Shown here in pieces: positions 1-10,023 of a stretch of DNA of 64,000 bases. Made by a program: the position numbers and the translations under genes. Position 1 is the stretch's first letter. Every line of letters begins with the position of its first letter. The notes beneath the pieces were generated by a model. The model had not been told where the DNA came from and did no database searches. It saw only the letters and a program-made list of their open reading frames with translations. The DNA is from Candidatus Hadarchaeota archaeon (GTDB lineage Archaea; Hadarchaeota; Hadarchaeia; Hadarchaeales; JAGGTB01). The stretch spans positions 1 to 64,000 of the forward strand of contig CAYLJV010000005.1 of assembly GCA_964384105.1 (NCBI GenBank), given 5' to 3'.

Positions 1-19
1 TTATGGGTGTAACAAAAAA
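1..19 (+). repeat. Dispersed 26-bp palindromic element, copy 1 (truncated by window edge)
   Basis: TTATGGGTGTAACAAAAAA is identical to the right part of the other copies. Confidence 0.9.
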
Positions 20-66
20 TTTTGGAAAAGAACAAATAGTAAGAAAAATATTACTAATTTGATAAA

Positions 67-348
67 GTGAGTTTTGAAGCATATATACCCCTCCTGGCCC
101 CATTCATCATAGGTCTTCTCGTAGGAGTAGTAATAAAAAAAGGGTTGAAATTAATTTTAGCAGTAATAGCCCTAATAATAGCCCTTGTAGCCACCGGGTA
201 CCTCTCAATAGGATTTTCAGAAGTAAGAGATAGGGCGATGGACTATCTGCCTAGGATCCTAGGAGAGGCAAGGAACGAGTTTCAAATTCTCCCCTACTCC
301 AGCGCAGCTTTTTTGATAGGAATAGCTCTGGGCCTCTGGAAGGGTTAA
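67..348 (+). CDS. Small membrane protein (FUN14-like)
   Basis: 93 aa with three hydrophobic segments; pattern IIGLLVGVVIKKGLK ... AFLIGIALG. Confidence 0.6.
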   Translation: MSFEAYIPLLAPFIIGLLVGVVIKKGLKLILAVIALIIALVATGYLSIGFSEVRDRAMDYLPRILGEARNEFQILPYSSAAFLIGIALGLWKG

Positions 349-420
349 AAATAGAATAAAATTGATCAAAACATTAATCCTAAGAAGAAGGAACCTTAAA
401 GGCTTCTCAGATGGATAAAG

Positions 421-1212
421 ATGGAAATCCTACCAATACACAACACCAGAGCTCTTAAAATAGAACTAGAAGGAGAAAAAGTACTCATAGTAGCCGATCT
501 CCACATAGGAATATCTGCAGAACTGGCAAAAAAGGGAATAGAAATACCAAGTCAAGCAAAAAAGATAGAAAAAAAGCTAATCAGACTGATCGAAAAAGAG
601 AAATCGGATCGTCTCTTTTTGCTTGGGGACATAAAACATAATATTCCCATAACAAGCTGGGAAGAATGGAGTAATCTGCCTGGATTTTTTTCTAAGTTAA
701 ACGATAAAACTCGAGTAGAAGTAATACCTGGAAATCACGATGGAGACATAGAAGGTTTGATCACAAAAAATATCATATTGCACGGGCCTGAAGGAACAAC
801 AGTAGGAAATGGAAAAGTAGGTTTAATACACGGCCACGCCTGGCCGGCTCCGAAGCTTCTTGAAGCAGAAGAAATAATCATGGGGCACAACCACCCAATT
901 ATAGAATTCAAAGACAATTTAGGAGGTAGAGTCACAGAACCTGCCTGGATAAGAGGGAAAATAATTCCGGAAAAATTTCCTAAAAGATTTCAAAAACACC
1001 TGGAGGGAAAGCGACCACCAAAAATTACAATAATACCAGCCTTCAGCGAATTAGTTGGTGGAGGAGCAATAAACAGAGAGATTCCGGAAAAACTTCTTGG
1101 TCCCCTTTTCAAATCCGGGGCAATAGACCTAGAGGAGGCCGAAGTATATCTATTGGACGGAACATTTCTAGGAAAACTAAAAAATCTGAGAGGACTCAAC
1201 AAGACAGATTAA
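421..1212 (+). CDS. Calcineurin-like metallophosphoesterase (ICC-like archaeal family)
   Basis: DLHIG, LGD, GNHD, HGH and GHNHP motifs. Confidence 0.9.
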   Translation: MEILPIHNTRALKIELEGEKVLIVADLHIGISAELAKKGIEIPSQAKKIEKKLIRLIEKEKSDRLFLLGDIKHNIPITSWEEWSNLPGFFSKLNDKTRVEVIPGNHDGDIEGLITKNIILHGPEGTTVGNGKVGLIHGHAWPAPKLLEAEEIIMGHNHPIIEFKDNLGGRVTEPAWIRGKIIPEKFPKRFQKHLEGKRPPKITIIPAFSELVGGGAINREIPEKLLGPLFKSGAIDLEEAEVYLLDGTFLGKLKNLRGLNKTD

Positions 1213-1297
1213 AAAATTTATTCAGAGACCTTGATAGAATTAATCGCCTCAAGACAAGTTTTATAAATAAATACCAGAAGTAGGGAAGGGATAAAAT

Positions 1298-2662
1298 TTG
1301 ACTGACGTTTTTATTATCGGGGCCGGTCCCGCAGGCCTCTTTGCTGCAAAAGAGATTGCTGAAAATTCCAATCTTTCCGTAAAAGTCATAGAAGAAGGAA
1401 AAGCCATCTCCGACAGAAGCTGTCCTGCAACAGAGACTGGCGAATGCAAAGGATGTGAACCCTGCGACGTTATGCATGGAGTTGGGGGCACCGGTGGTAT
1501 GTCGGATGGTACCCTCAACTTAAGCCCTTACATAGGTGGGGATCTGACTGAGTATGTTGATATAAGAGAAGCCGAAGAGCTCATAGAGATTGTTGATTCA
1601 ACTTTTCAGGAATTTGGAGCCTCAAAAAAGCTCTACGGAGGAAAAAAAGCGGAAACCGAAGAACTAGAAAGAAAGGCCGCTGCTTCAGATGTCAAATTCA
1701 TTCCTATAAAACAGAGGCACATGGGATCCGAAAACCTCCCAAGGATAATCTCCTCTTTCAGAAAATATCTTGAGAAAAAGGGAGTAGAGTTCCAAATAAA
1801 CACAAGAGTCGACGAAATAACCCGTGATGGGATCGCGATAAACGGGGAAAAATTCAATCCAAAATACATAATCGCAGCCCCAGGAAGGTCCGGAGCAGTC
1901 TGGTTGGCCAAACAAGCCAAGAGATTAAGCCTCAAAGTATCTCACGGACCTATAGACGTGGGGATAAGAGTGGAGGTGCCTTCAATCGTAATGGAACCCG
2001 TGATAGAAGTCAATAGAGATCCTAAATTCCATATCAGAACAGAATCCTTCGACGATTTCGTGAGGACTTTCTGCACCAATCACGAGGGCTTCGTCGTTTC
2101 AGAAAGATACGAGGAGTACATCGGGGTCAACGGCCATGCGCTGAAATCAGATAAATCCAGAAACACCAACTTCGCCTTCATCTCCAGAGTCACCTTGACT
2201 GAACCTGTCACAAATACAACCGCCTACGGGGAATCTATCAGTTATCTGGCCACTACCATCGGAGGAGGTCTCCCCGTGGTTCAAAGACTGGGAGATCTGA
2301 GAAGAGGTCAGCGGTCCACCTGGAGCAGGATAGATAGGGGCCACGTAGAACCAACCCTCAAGAGCGTGACTCCAGGGGATATATCCATGGCTCTGCCCGG
2401 CCGAATTGTCACAAACCTACAGGAAGGCCTCAATCAGCTGGACAAAGTTATCCCGGGGGTTGCTTCAAATTCTACCCTGCTTTACGCCCCAGAAGTAAAA
2501 CTGTATGCTATGAAGGTAAGGGTCAATAAAAATATGGAGACTGATTTAGAGAACTTCTTCGTGGCTGGAGACGGAGCTGGTCTCTCTAGGGATATAGTGA
2601 ACGCCGCCGCGACGGGCATAATAGCCGCCCGAGGAATAATGAAAAAGTCCAAGGGAAAATAG
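1298..2662 (+). CDS. FAD-dependent oxidoreductase (COG2509-like)
   Basis: GAGPAG Rossmann motif, Cys cluster, RTFC, VNGH and AGDGAG. Confidence 0.85.
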   Translation: MTDVFIIGAGPAGLFAAKEIAENSNLSVKVIEEGKAISDRSCPATETGECKGCEPCDVMHGVGGTGGMSDGTLNLSPYIGGDLTEYVDIREAEELIEIVDSTFQEFGASKKLYGGKKAETEELERKAAASDVKFIPIKQRHMGSENLPRIISSFRKYLEKKGVEFQINTRVDEITRDGIAINGEKFNPKYIIAAPGRSGAVWLAKQAKRLSLKVSHGPIDVGIRVEVPSIVMEPVIEVNRDPKFHIRTESFDDFVRTFCTNHEGFVVSERYEEYIGVNGHALKSDKSRNTNFAFISRVTLTEPVTNTTAYGESISYLATTIGGGLPVVQRLGDLRRGQRSTWSRIDRGHVEPTLKSVTPGDISMALPGRIVTNLQEGLNQLDKVIPGVASNSTLLYAPEVKLYAMKVRVNKNMETDLENFFVAGDGAGLSRDIVNAAATGIIAARGIMKKSKGK

Positions 2663-2720
2663 AGAAGCGGTTAAATTCCCGAACATCTAATATCGATAAA
2701 TACTAATTTCAAACGATTTT

Positions 2721-2954
2721 ATGAAAAAAACAGTAATCATAATATTTGTGGTCGCAATCTCGTTCCTCGTAATATCCAACTATTACTCAAGCTGTCAAAA
2801 ATCAGACATAAAAACAGAAAATATCTCCGAAAATCCAGATTCTCTTAAAAAATACTCAGGTCTCGGATCATCCTATATCGCAAAGGGTCTACTATATCTC
2901 GGAATAGCTATTATTCTACTGATAGTTTGGCTTCTGCTACACTACAAATTTTAG
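2721..2954 (+). CDS. Hypothetical small membrane protein
   Basis: 77 aa, two hydrophobic segments, fills the intergenic gap. Confidence 0.5.
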   Translation: MKKTVIIIFVVAISFLVISNYYSSCQKSDIKTENISENPDSLKKYSGLGSSYIAKGLLYLGIAIILLIVWLLLHYKF

Positions 2955-2975
2955 CGAAAACTGCGAAATAAAAAA

Positions 2976-3001
2976 TTTTTTGTTATGGGTGTAACAAAAA
3001 A
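2976..3001 (+). repeat. Dispersed 26-bp palindromic element, copy 2
   Basis: TTTTTTGTTATGGGTGTAACAAAAAA between a convergent CDS and tRNA-Pro. Confidence 0.95.
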
Positions 3002-3040
3002 TCTGTTCAAAAACCGAAATTTTATGAACAAAAGATGAGG

Positions 3041-3130
3041 TGGGGTGGCGGGGATTCGAACCCCGGATCTCCAGCTTTTCCGCAAGGAGTCCCGAAGCTG
3101 GTGTCCTGAGCCTAACTAGACTACCACCCC
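3041..3130 (-). tRNA. tRNA-Pro(CGG) with 14-nt intron at position 37/38 (3077-3090)
   Basis: Acceptor GGGGTGG/CCACCCC, T-loop GTTCGAATC, anticodon stem CCAGC/GCTGG; the 21-nt loop TTCGGG-ACTCCTTGCGGAAA-A can form a bulge-helix-bulge. Confidence 0.9.
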
Positions 3131-3154
3131 TATTCGAAAGGAATTCTAAAACCA

Positions 3155-4342
3155 CTATGCCCTCTCAAGAATTTTCTCGATCTCCTTCTCCACCATCTCA
3201 GGAGGCGCATCTGATATGCTTATCTTCTGGCTCTTCCCCACTTGTCCCTCGCCCGACATCTCTGAATCGATCAACCCCAAATTCTTCGCTCTCTCTATGT
3301 ACTTCCAAAACTGAGTATGGGCTCTAGGTTTCTCCTCGTACTCCTCGCACACAATCTTATACGCGTCTTCGACCTCTCCCGTGAGAATATAAGCTCTTTC
3401 AGAGGATTTCAACTTACGAGAAAGCGCCAACAAAAATAGGAGCTCGTGGAGGTTAAGGTCCACCAAGACGTCTTTCCTAATTCCCGGATGAATTTCAGCC
3501 TTCGCCATTCTAACGTGATTTGGGGAAACTTTTTCAACCTCACCCTGACTGGCTATTCTGCCAGCATACCAGAGAAGCTCCAGAGCAAACCGGGCATCAC
3601 CCCGTCTCGCAGAGATATCGGAGATAAGTTTAACCGCTTCATCTCTGACCATATCAGGCCTGAAAGCTACGTCAACTCTCTGACGTAAAATATCTGTAAT
3701 CTGCTCGGAGTTGTATTTGTCTAATTTTATCTGATTGTGCATAAAGGAACTCCTAGTTGCATCGTCCAAGAGTTCGAGGAAATTAGGGGTATGAGAAATA
3801 GCGATCAAGCTAATCCGATTTACGGAATCAGATTCCTCCGACACCCTAGTGAGAGAATACAGCAGATCGGGCCCGTTATTTCTGACAAAGTAGTCGAGCT
3901 CGTCCAAAGCGAGAGTCAAATAAGTATCCTTCTTCTCGAGATAATCCACTATCTGCTCCATAAGCTCCTGGGAGGAAAAACCTCTTCTGGGAACACTCAG
4001 TGGAAAATTACTCGAAAGCTTGTGGAGAACCATTTGAGGGGTTCCCTGCTTACGACAGTTTATATGTGCGTAGATAAGGTTTGTTCCCTTATCTTTTGCT
4101 ACAGACTTGAGTTCTTTACCAAATCTTGAAGTCAGAGCAGTCTTACCTACACCAACTGACCCAGTGATGAGAACTCTTTGACTGGCCCTATTCTCTAATA
4201 GCGGTCTGAACAGCTGGACAAGCTTTCTGAATTCCTCATCCCTATGAACGAGTTCCTTGGGAACGTAATCAGGGGAAAGCTTCGACTGGTCTTTAAAAAC
4301 CGTCTTTTTGGACATCTCCTCTTCAAAAAAATCTCTATACAT
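3155..4342 (-). CDS. cdc6: Orc1/Cdc6 replication initiator
   Basis: DYVPKELVHR, Walker A GSVGVGKT, LDELD, GDARFAL, C-terminal winged helix. Confidence 0.95.
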   Translation of the reverse strand: MYRDFFEEEMSKKTVFKDQSKLSPDYVPKELVHRDEEFRKLVQLFRPLLENRASQRVLITGSVGVGKTALTSRFGKELKSVAKDKGTNLIYAHINCRKQGTPQMVLHKLSSNFPLSVPRRGFSSQELMEQIVDYLEKKDTYLTLALDELDYFVRNNGPDLLYSLTRVSEESDSVNRISLIAISHTPNFLELLDDATRSSFMHNQIKLDKYNSEQITDILRQRVDVAFRPDMVRDEAVKLISDISARRGDARFALELLWYAGRIASQGEVEKVSPNHVRMAKAEIHPGIRKDVLVDLNLHELLFLLALSRKLKSSERAYILTGEVEDAYKIVCEEYEEKPRAHTQFWKYIERAKNLGLIDSEMSGEGQVGKSQKISISDAPPEMVEKEIEKILERA

Positions 4343-4457
4343 TTTTTATCATAGTCAATTATTCGTGAAAGTAACTAAAAAAACTGGATAATTCAAATAT
4401 TAAAACATAGCAAATTTTAATCCTTTAAAATCGAGTTACAAAGGAATATAAAAAGCT

Positions 4458-4946
4458 CTATTCTGTAGTCCTCCATGAAGGTCTAGCCACTAAAAGAGAA
4501 CAAGGGGCTTCATGGATAACGTTCTCAGTAACGCTACCGTAGAGAAACTTCTGGATCTTTCCTTTAGTGCTCTTGTCGTGCAACCTTCCAGAACCCATAA
4601 CTATCAGATCAACCCCTTCCTGCTGGGCAGTCTTGACTATTTCGACATCAGGCTTTCCCTCTTTAATCTTCGTAGTTATATTTTCTAGTCCTCTCTCCTT
4701 GCACATCTTCCTAATCTTCTCGAATTCCTCCTGAACCTTCTCCCTCTTCATCTCGTGAATTCTGCTCCTCTCCGACATGGGGACTCTATTATCAGAGTGG
4801 AGGACATGCAAGAAGATTAATTCGGGCTCCTCAACACCTAGATAACACCCTCTGGCAAAATCCATAGCATTTATAACTCCGCTGAGGGTATTATCCCACT
4901 TTATGGAGTCCAAAGGAACTAAGATTTTCTCTATCACTAGAAACAC
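4458..4946 (-). CDS. Universal stress protein (UspA family)
   Basis: KILVPLD, DLIVMGS and GSVTENVIHEAPCSLLV. Confidence 0.9.
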   Translation of the reverse strand: MFLVIEKILVPLDSIKWDNTLSGVINAMDFARGCYLGVEEPELIFLHVLHSDNRVPMSERSRIHEMKREKVQEEFEKIRKMCKERGLENITTKIKEGKPDVEIVKTAQQEGVDLIVMGSGRLHDKSTKGKIQKFLYGSVTENVIHEAPCSLLVARPSWRTTE

Positions 4947-4981
4947 CTTACTCTCTTATTTGTAATATGACAAGTAAAAAA

Positions 4982-6313
4982 CTACTGTGGAAGTAACGGG
5001 ATATGAAAACTTGTAGAAATTTGGGCCAGCAACGCTAGAGCGGCTATTCCAACTGTGATTATACCTATCACGGACCCGTATTTTAGCCAGTAAACAAAGG
5101 TGAAGGGATACATATGGTCCTCGCTTACTTTGCACGCAACCACATTCGCGGAAGAACCTATATAGGTAAAGTTTCCTCCGAATCCTGCTCCGAAAGCTAA
5201 AGCCCACCATAGGATGCTAGAAGAAAGTCCAAGTTGAGTAGTCAGAGCTCCTACAACGGGAATCATCATGGCCGTAAAGGGAATATTATCTATAAAAGCA
5301 GATCCTAAAGCGGCCAATAAGAGAATAACTAAGGCACTGAGAAGGAGGCTACCCGAAGTCAATTCGAGGACTCCCGAAGCCAAGCTTGAGAGTAAACCCG
5401 TCTTAACAACTCCATGAACTAGCACAAATAATCCTGCAAAAAACAAGAGTGTAGTCCATTTTACCCTCGTTATAATCTTATCTATATCAGGTCTTGTGAC
5501 AAATAGAATCAGAGCAGCCCCTATAAGGGCTACGGTCGCTGGCTCTAAACCGATCAGATGATGGGTGACAAATAAGATAATAACAAAGAAAAGTACAGAA
5601 ACGCTTTTCTTAAGAAGACCCCAGTCTCTGATCTCCGTAGAAGGCTTTTCTCTCATTAGTTTTTCCAATGAACTTTTCCTAATCTTAGAATCTTCCTTTT
5701 TGACTTTTTCAGAGAAAACTATCTTGAAAGCCAATGTTGATGCCAAAAGACATACTATAACCACAGGAGCAAGATTGACTACAAACTCGGAATAACTGAG
5801 ATTTGCCGAACTCGCAATCATAACATTTGGAGGGTCTCCTACTAAGGTAGCCACTCCACCAATATTTGAGAAAAGTGCTTCTGTTATTATTATCGGCCTA
5901 GGATCGACCCCAAGCCTGGAACAGATGGCTAATGTGATCGGGACTACAAGCAATATCGTTGTAATGTTATCTATAGTAGTCGAAGCCATAGCCGTGAATA
6001 AGCCGAAAAGAAGCATCATGTAAAAATATCGGCCCTTTGATATCCTAGCGATCCAAACTGACAGTGACTCAAACATTCCCGTATCTTCCAATACCCCAAC
6101 TATCAGCATCATTCCCAGAAGCAACCCTATCGTATTCCAATCTATAGCATCTATCACAACTTCCGACTGCGTATAAAACCCAAAATAGAGACCTGCAATA
6201 ACCATCGAAACAGCGCCCATCATCGTAGCTATAGATCTTTCGACTTTACCGCTTACAATTGCCCCATAAGTAGCCACAAAGATTAGAAGGGAAACTACTA
6301 AGCTCGCTTCCAA
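4982..6313 (-). CDS. ArsB/NhaD (IT superfamily) ion transporter
   Basis: Polytopic membrane protein; IDNITT, SNIGGVATLVGDPPN, IDNIPF, GGNFTYIGSSAN. Confidence 0.9.
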   Translation of the reverse strand: MEASLVVSLLIFVATYGAIVSGKVERSIATMMGAVSMVIAGLYFGFYTQSEVVIDAIDWNTIGLLLGMMLIVGVLEDTGMFESLSVWIARISKGRYFYMMLLFGLFTAMASTTIDNITTILLVVPITLAICSRLGVDPRPIIITEALFSNIGGVATLVGDPPNVMIASSANLSYSEFVVNLAPVVIVCLLASTLAFKIVFSEKVKKEDSKIRKSSLEKLMREKPSTEIRDWGLLKKSVSVLFFVIILFVTHHLIGLEPATVALIGAALILFVTRPDIDKIITRVKWTTLLFFAGLFVLVHGVVKTGLLSSLASGVLELTSGSLLLSALVILLLAALGSAFIDNIPFTAMMIPVVGALTTQLGLSSSILWWALAFGAGFGGNFTYIGSSANVVACKVSEDHMYPFTFVYWLKYGSVIGIITVGIAALALLAQISTSFHIPLLPQ

Positions 6314-6406
6314 AAAATCACCCTTCCAGTAGAAGTATCCAAATTAATCACTCCGCCTGATAAGGAACCACGAATTATAAGCTCTTTTCATTAAATATAC
6401 CCATTC

Positions 6407-7564
6407 TTATGAGACGGGTGCCGGCCTCTTCTTTCTGTAACCTACTATAACCCTAGCGTAACCCCTCAATCTATCGTCCAACTCCGGGTCGCCCGTATCC
6501 ACTTTAAGCATAGATGTTTCGACCAATTTATTCGGGGTAGCCAAAACTAAGAGATTATCGATTCCCACGGCTTTGATCACTCGGGGGCTGATTTGTTGAT
6601 TTCCTCTTCCAAAAACAAAACCTTGTTTGCCAATCGGGCTTACTATTATCGTCGTCGCACCTTCTTCCTCAACCTTTTCATAGATTTCATTTTCTCTAAC
6701 ATCTTTGGCAATCAATTTCCCATTTTTGATCAAATCTATTCCTAAGAGTGTAGAGTCGGATATACCCAATTCCTCTGCAACCGCTCTAGTCGTCGTTCCT
6801 GGTCCAAGCAAATACAGACGATTATCATCCATAAGTTCAGTGACCCAACGAGCTATCGACTTCTGATCTTCTTTTTCAGAGCCGGAAGAAGGGGTAGGAG
6901 ATTTAGCGGCTTGAACCCAGTGTGGGTCGTAAGGAACTTTGGCATATCCCTTCAAATCAGTCGAAAGTCTATTTTCTCGAAAAGCTTCTTCATCGACATC
7001 CATAACCTCTGCTTCCCTTAAAGGAAGGTTTCCCATTAAATACCTCGAAACCAATCGGCCAGCAATTTCGGGAGTGTTAGCGAAAACAGCAGAATGCATC
7101 TTCACTCCCGTAGGGATTCCCAATATAGGAACATCCATATTCACTATCTCTACCACATCTCTGGCTGTTCCATCGCCTCCAGCAAAAAGGATAATATCAA
7201 CACCTTCCTCGAGAAATCTACTCATAGCACTCTTCGTATCCTCGGGAGAAGTATCACTAGGGTTAATTTCCTCCAGAACTCGGGGTTCAAAACCCACCTC
7301 CCTTGCTTCGTTTGCACCCATTTCATCGGAAAAACATAGTATCTCAGGTTCCACTCCAGAATCTTTAAGTTTCTTTAGCGCTTTGATCGCCCGCTCCGGA
7401 GCAACCGGCTCGGAACCTAATTCTCTGGCTTTCTTAAGAATCTCGGGGCCGTCAGTTCCTTTAAGACCCACCTTACCGCCCATCCCTGCAATAGGATTAA
7501 CTAACAAACCAACCTTATTTTCAGGCAAGTCTATCCCCCTCTTATTAACTGTCACAGCATTCAA
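6407..7564 (-). CDS. ATP-NAD kinase family protein (true start probably TTG at 7528)
   Basis: NPIAGMGGKVGLKGTDG, GGDGTARD, GVKMHS, GRGNQQ. Confidence 0.85.
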   Translation of the reverse strand: MNAVTVNKRGIDLPENKVGLLVNPIAGMGGKVGLKGTDGPEILKKARELGSEPVAPERAIKALKKLKDSGVEPEILCFSDEMGANEAREVGFEPRVLEEINPSDTSPEDTKSAMSRFLEEGVDIILFAGGDGTARDVVEIVNMDVPILGIPTGVKMHSAVFANTPEIAGRLVSRYLMGNLPLREAEVMDVDEEAFRENRLSTDLKGYAKVPYDPHWVQAAKSPTPSSGSEKEDQKSIARWVTELMDDNRLYLLGPGTTTRAVAEELGISDSTLLGIDLIKNGKLIAKDVRENEIYEKVEEEGATTIIVSPIGKQGFVFGRGNQQISPRVIKAVGIDNLLVLATPNKLVETSMLKVDTGDPELDDRLRGYARVIVGYRKKRPAPVS

Positions 7565-7659
7565 GATAAAAACGTCCCTTTTGAAATTTTAATTTTAAAG
7601 ATTTGGGAGATCAAGGTATTGAGATCGATATTATTTAATTTCATAACCAATAGACAGGC

Positions 7660-8082
7660 TTATCCTTCAGATTTTAAAAATTCTTTATAGGACTTTGAAT
7701 CCATTAACTCCTCCAAATCCTCTTCAAGGTTAGAAGGCCTAATAACACAGATCCATCCTTGCCCATAAGGATCCTCATTTATCAGCTCCGGTTGTGCCTG
7801 CAAATCCTCGTTAACTTCCTCTACGCTTCCCATAACAGGAGAGTATATATCAGAAACTGTTTTAACTGATTCCACTGCACCCAATTCAGCCTCCTTAGAA
7901 CTTCCTTCCTCGTATCTTTCAACTTTATCTCCGATAGGTGGTAACTCAACAAAAACAACATCCCCTAACTGTTCCTGTGCATAATCACTAATCCCTATCC
8001 TGACCAGATCTCCTTCAACTTTAATCCACTCATGCTCCGGAGTATAATATAGACCCTCAGGAATTTCCGTTTCTTCAGCCAA
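7660..8082 (-). CDS. gcvH: Glycine cleavage H protein / lipoyl carrier
   Basis: HEW, GISDYAQEQLGDVVFVELP, lipoyl-Lys motif VESVK, INEDPYGQGW. Confidence 0.95.
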   Translation of the reverse strand: MAEETEIPEGLYYTPEHEWIKVEGDLVRIGISDYAQEQLGDVVFVELPPIGDKVERYEEGSSKEAELGAVESVKTVSDIYSPVMGSVEEVNEDLQAQPELINEDPYGQGWICVIRPSNLEEDLEELMDSKSYKEFLKSEG

Positions 8083-8137
8083 TCTTACACCCTCCTAGCT
8101 CTTTGGTAGATTCTTAACTTAAGTATTTCGCAAAATC

Positions 8138-9118
8138 CTAGAAGATAGACTCCAATTTACCTAAAATTCTTTTTAAATCTTCGGAACTTGGTTCTTCCGG
8201 AAAGTTGTAGACCGGACCTAAAGGAGTTTCATTATAGTACGGCCTGTTACAGCCAGGGCAACCTGAGGTAAGAAAGGGATCACCTGAAATTATGGATTCT
8301 CTTAAAACATTTGAGGAAAAGCCAAAACTAGTCAAATTTCCATTTTCAAAGCTCATATCATTAAAATTCACTAAACCTTCTTCAATTAGATATTTTGCCA
8401 GTTGGATTCTTCGATACCTATCTATTGTTGGTTTCTTTTTATCTTCTAATACAGAACCTTTTATGGGGGTAAAAGCAAATAAAGCAACTTCAACCCCCCT
8501 CTTCTTGAAAAATTGAATTCTTTTAAGCATCTCTTCATCGCTCTCTCCAAGGCCTACAATAAGATGAGTAGAAACTTCCCCATCGAATACTTCAACTGCT
8601 TTTTCTAAAGCTTCGATGCTTCTTTCCCACCTATAAGGACCGCCAGCAGATCTACCTTTTATTGAATCAAAAACTTCCGGAGTCGCACCATCAATGGGAA
8701 TTCCCAAACGATCAACCCCCTTCTTTTTCAATTTCTTCATATCATCCTTTACCAGCGGCTGACAGGACACAGAAAGCGGAATACCCGAAATTTCTTTCAA
8801 AGAAAAAGCCACCTCACAAAGGTCCTCAACCACCCCCGGATAATTTAAAGCCTGGATACAAATTCTTTTGAACTTCTCTTGATTTTCAGAAAAGTGCTTC
8901 TCGAAAACTTCGAAATCGCACTCTGGCCAAGAAACTCTTGAAAGTTTATCTGAATCAGAAACACTTGATCTAGACTGAGGACAAAAAAGACAGTTGGCCG
9001 AGCATTTACCCTCCAGATAAGTCATCAAATAACACGTCGTGGGTTTCGCAGATAACTTACGGCTCCATAGTCCCAACAAAGCGCCACTAGCTTCTGATAC
9101 TCTAATAAAATCAACCAC
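8138..9118 (-). CDS. lipS2: Radical SAM protein, archaeal lipoyl synthase LipS2-like
   Basis: CSANCLFCPQ (CxxxCxxC), LSRVSWP, TSGCPGCNRPYYNE; lipoate gene context. Confidence 0.8.
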   Translation of the reverse strand: MVDFIRVSEASGALLGLWSRKLSAKPTTCYLMTYLEGKCSANCLFCPQSRSSVSDSDKLSRVSWPECDFEVFEKHFSENQEKFKRICIQALNYPGVVEDLCEVAFSLKEISGIPLSVSCQPLVKDDMKKLKKKGVDRLGIPIDGATPEVFDSIKGRSAGGPYRWERSIEALEKAVEVFDGEVSTHLIVGLGESDEEMLKRIQFFKKRGVEVALFAFTPIKGSVLEDKKKPTIDRYRRIQLAKYLIEEGLVNFNDMSFENGNLTSFGFSSNVLRESIISGDPFLTSGCPGCNRPYYNETPLGPVYNFPEEPSSEDLKRILGKLESIF

Positions 9119-9122
9119 TAGA

Positions 9123-10022
9123 TCACCTCACTAAAAAATCCTCAGGAACTGCACAACAAGCTTCGAGTTCTTTAACGACCAAACCATTCCATTCGGCGAA
9201 TTCAACCGCACGTTGAGAAGGAAGAACTATCCGATCTATCCCTGATTTTATAGACTCTATCTCCACTGGAATTCTTTCACTGGACTTTGGCCTCATGCAA
9301 CCTAGAGCCATTGGAGTATCTGGAAAATTAAGGCGGGCCCTAGCAATAAACTCCCCAACTTTCTTGGGATCAGGAATTTTGTAGTTGGAATCAGGTGGAG
9401 GGATAATAACCAAGAAGACTAGTGCCGACATATCCACTCCCTCCAAAAAAGACAAGGCTTTTTTTTCAGATTCAAGGCTTGTTCCAGAAAGACCCAAAAG
9501 TATATGGGGAGAAAGATACGGAATCTCTTCAGAAATTGAATGGAGGGACCTCTTATACTCCTCCGCAGTTTTATCTAAGCCAATCCTCGAAGAAATAGTC
9601 GAATCATCTGCTATTAAATCAAAGTCGACTAAATCAACGCCTGACTTTCCAAGCTTTTTTGCAAGGTCCTCCGGAACTATTCCAGAATGTATACTTACAA
9701 AAAGGTCCGTTTTTTTCTTTATCCTAGATATAACATCGAGAAAAGGATCAAACGGAACATACCCTTCACTATTGTAACCTCCACTAAGAAGGACCCCTTT
9801 TGCTCCTTCGGAATACAATGATAAGCAAATTCTTTGGAGTTTCTCTGGGTTACGAGCGGAAACCATCCCTTCCAAATAATGGCCCTTGCAATGATCACAA
9901 TCCAAAGCGCAATTATTCCCTGTCAAAGAAATCGCCGGAAAACTTGGATGTGGAATTGAACTCCATAATACTCTTCTCCTTTTAAATTTCTCCGAAAAAG
10001 CTTTTCTCTGGATATTATTCAT
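9123..10022 (-). CDS. lipS1: Radical SAM protein, archaeal lipoyl synthase LipS1-like
   Basis: ISLTGNNCALDCDHC, LGCMRP, C-terminal CCA; lipoate gene context. Confidence 0.8.
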   Translation of the reverse strand: MNNIQRKAFSEKFKRRRVLWSSIPHPSFPAISLTGNNCALDCDHCKGHYLEGMVSARNPEKLQRICLSLYSEGAKGVLLSGGYNSEGYVPFDPFLDVISRIKKKTDLFVSIHSGIVPEDLAKKLGKSGVDLVDFDLIADDSTISSRIGLDKTAEEYKRSLHSISEEIPYLSPHILLGLSGTSLESEKKALSFLEGVDMSALVFLVIIPPPDSNYKIPDPKKVGEFIARARLNFPDTPMALGCMRPKSSERIPVEIESIKSGIDRIVLPSQRAVEFAEWNGLVVKELEACCAVPEDFLVR

Positions 10023-10023
10023 A

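Noticed and set aside
2976-3001. Palindrome as a XerA dif site
   Set aside because: The arm-6-arm geometry fits, but dif has TAA-N6-TTA inner ends (here TTA-N6-TAA) and is typically low-copy and far from the origin; kept only as a loose analogy
3040-3327. ORFs 3040-3327 (+) and 2937-3155 (-)
   Set aside because: They overlap tRNA-Pro and cdc6; translation artefacts
6939-7592. 217-aa + strand ORF and many similar Ser/Pro/Phe-rich antisense ORFs
   Set aside because: Shadows of well-supported genes on the opposite strand, with no motifs
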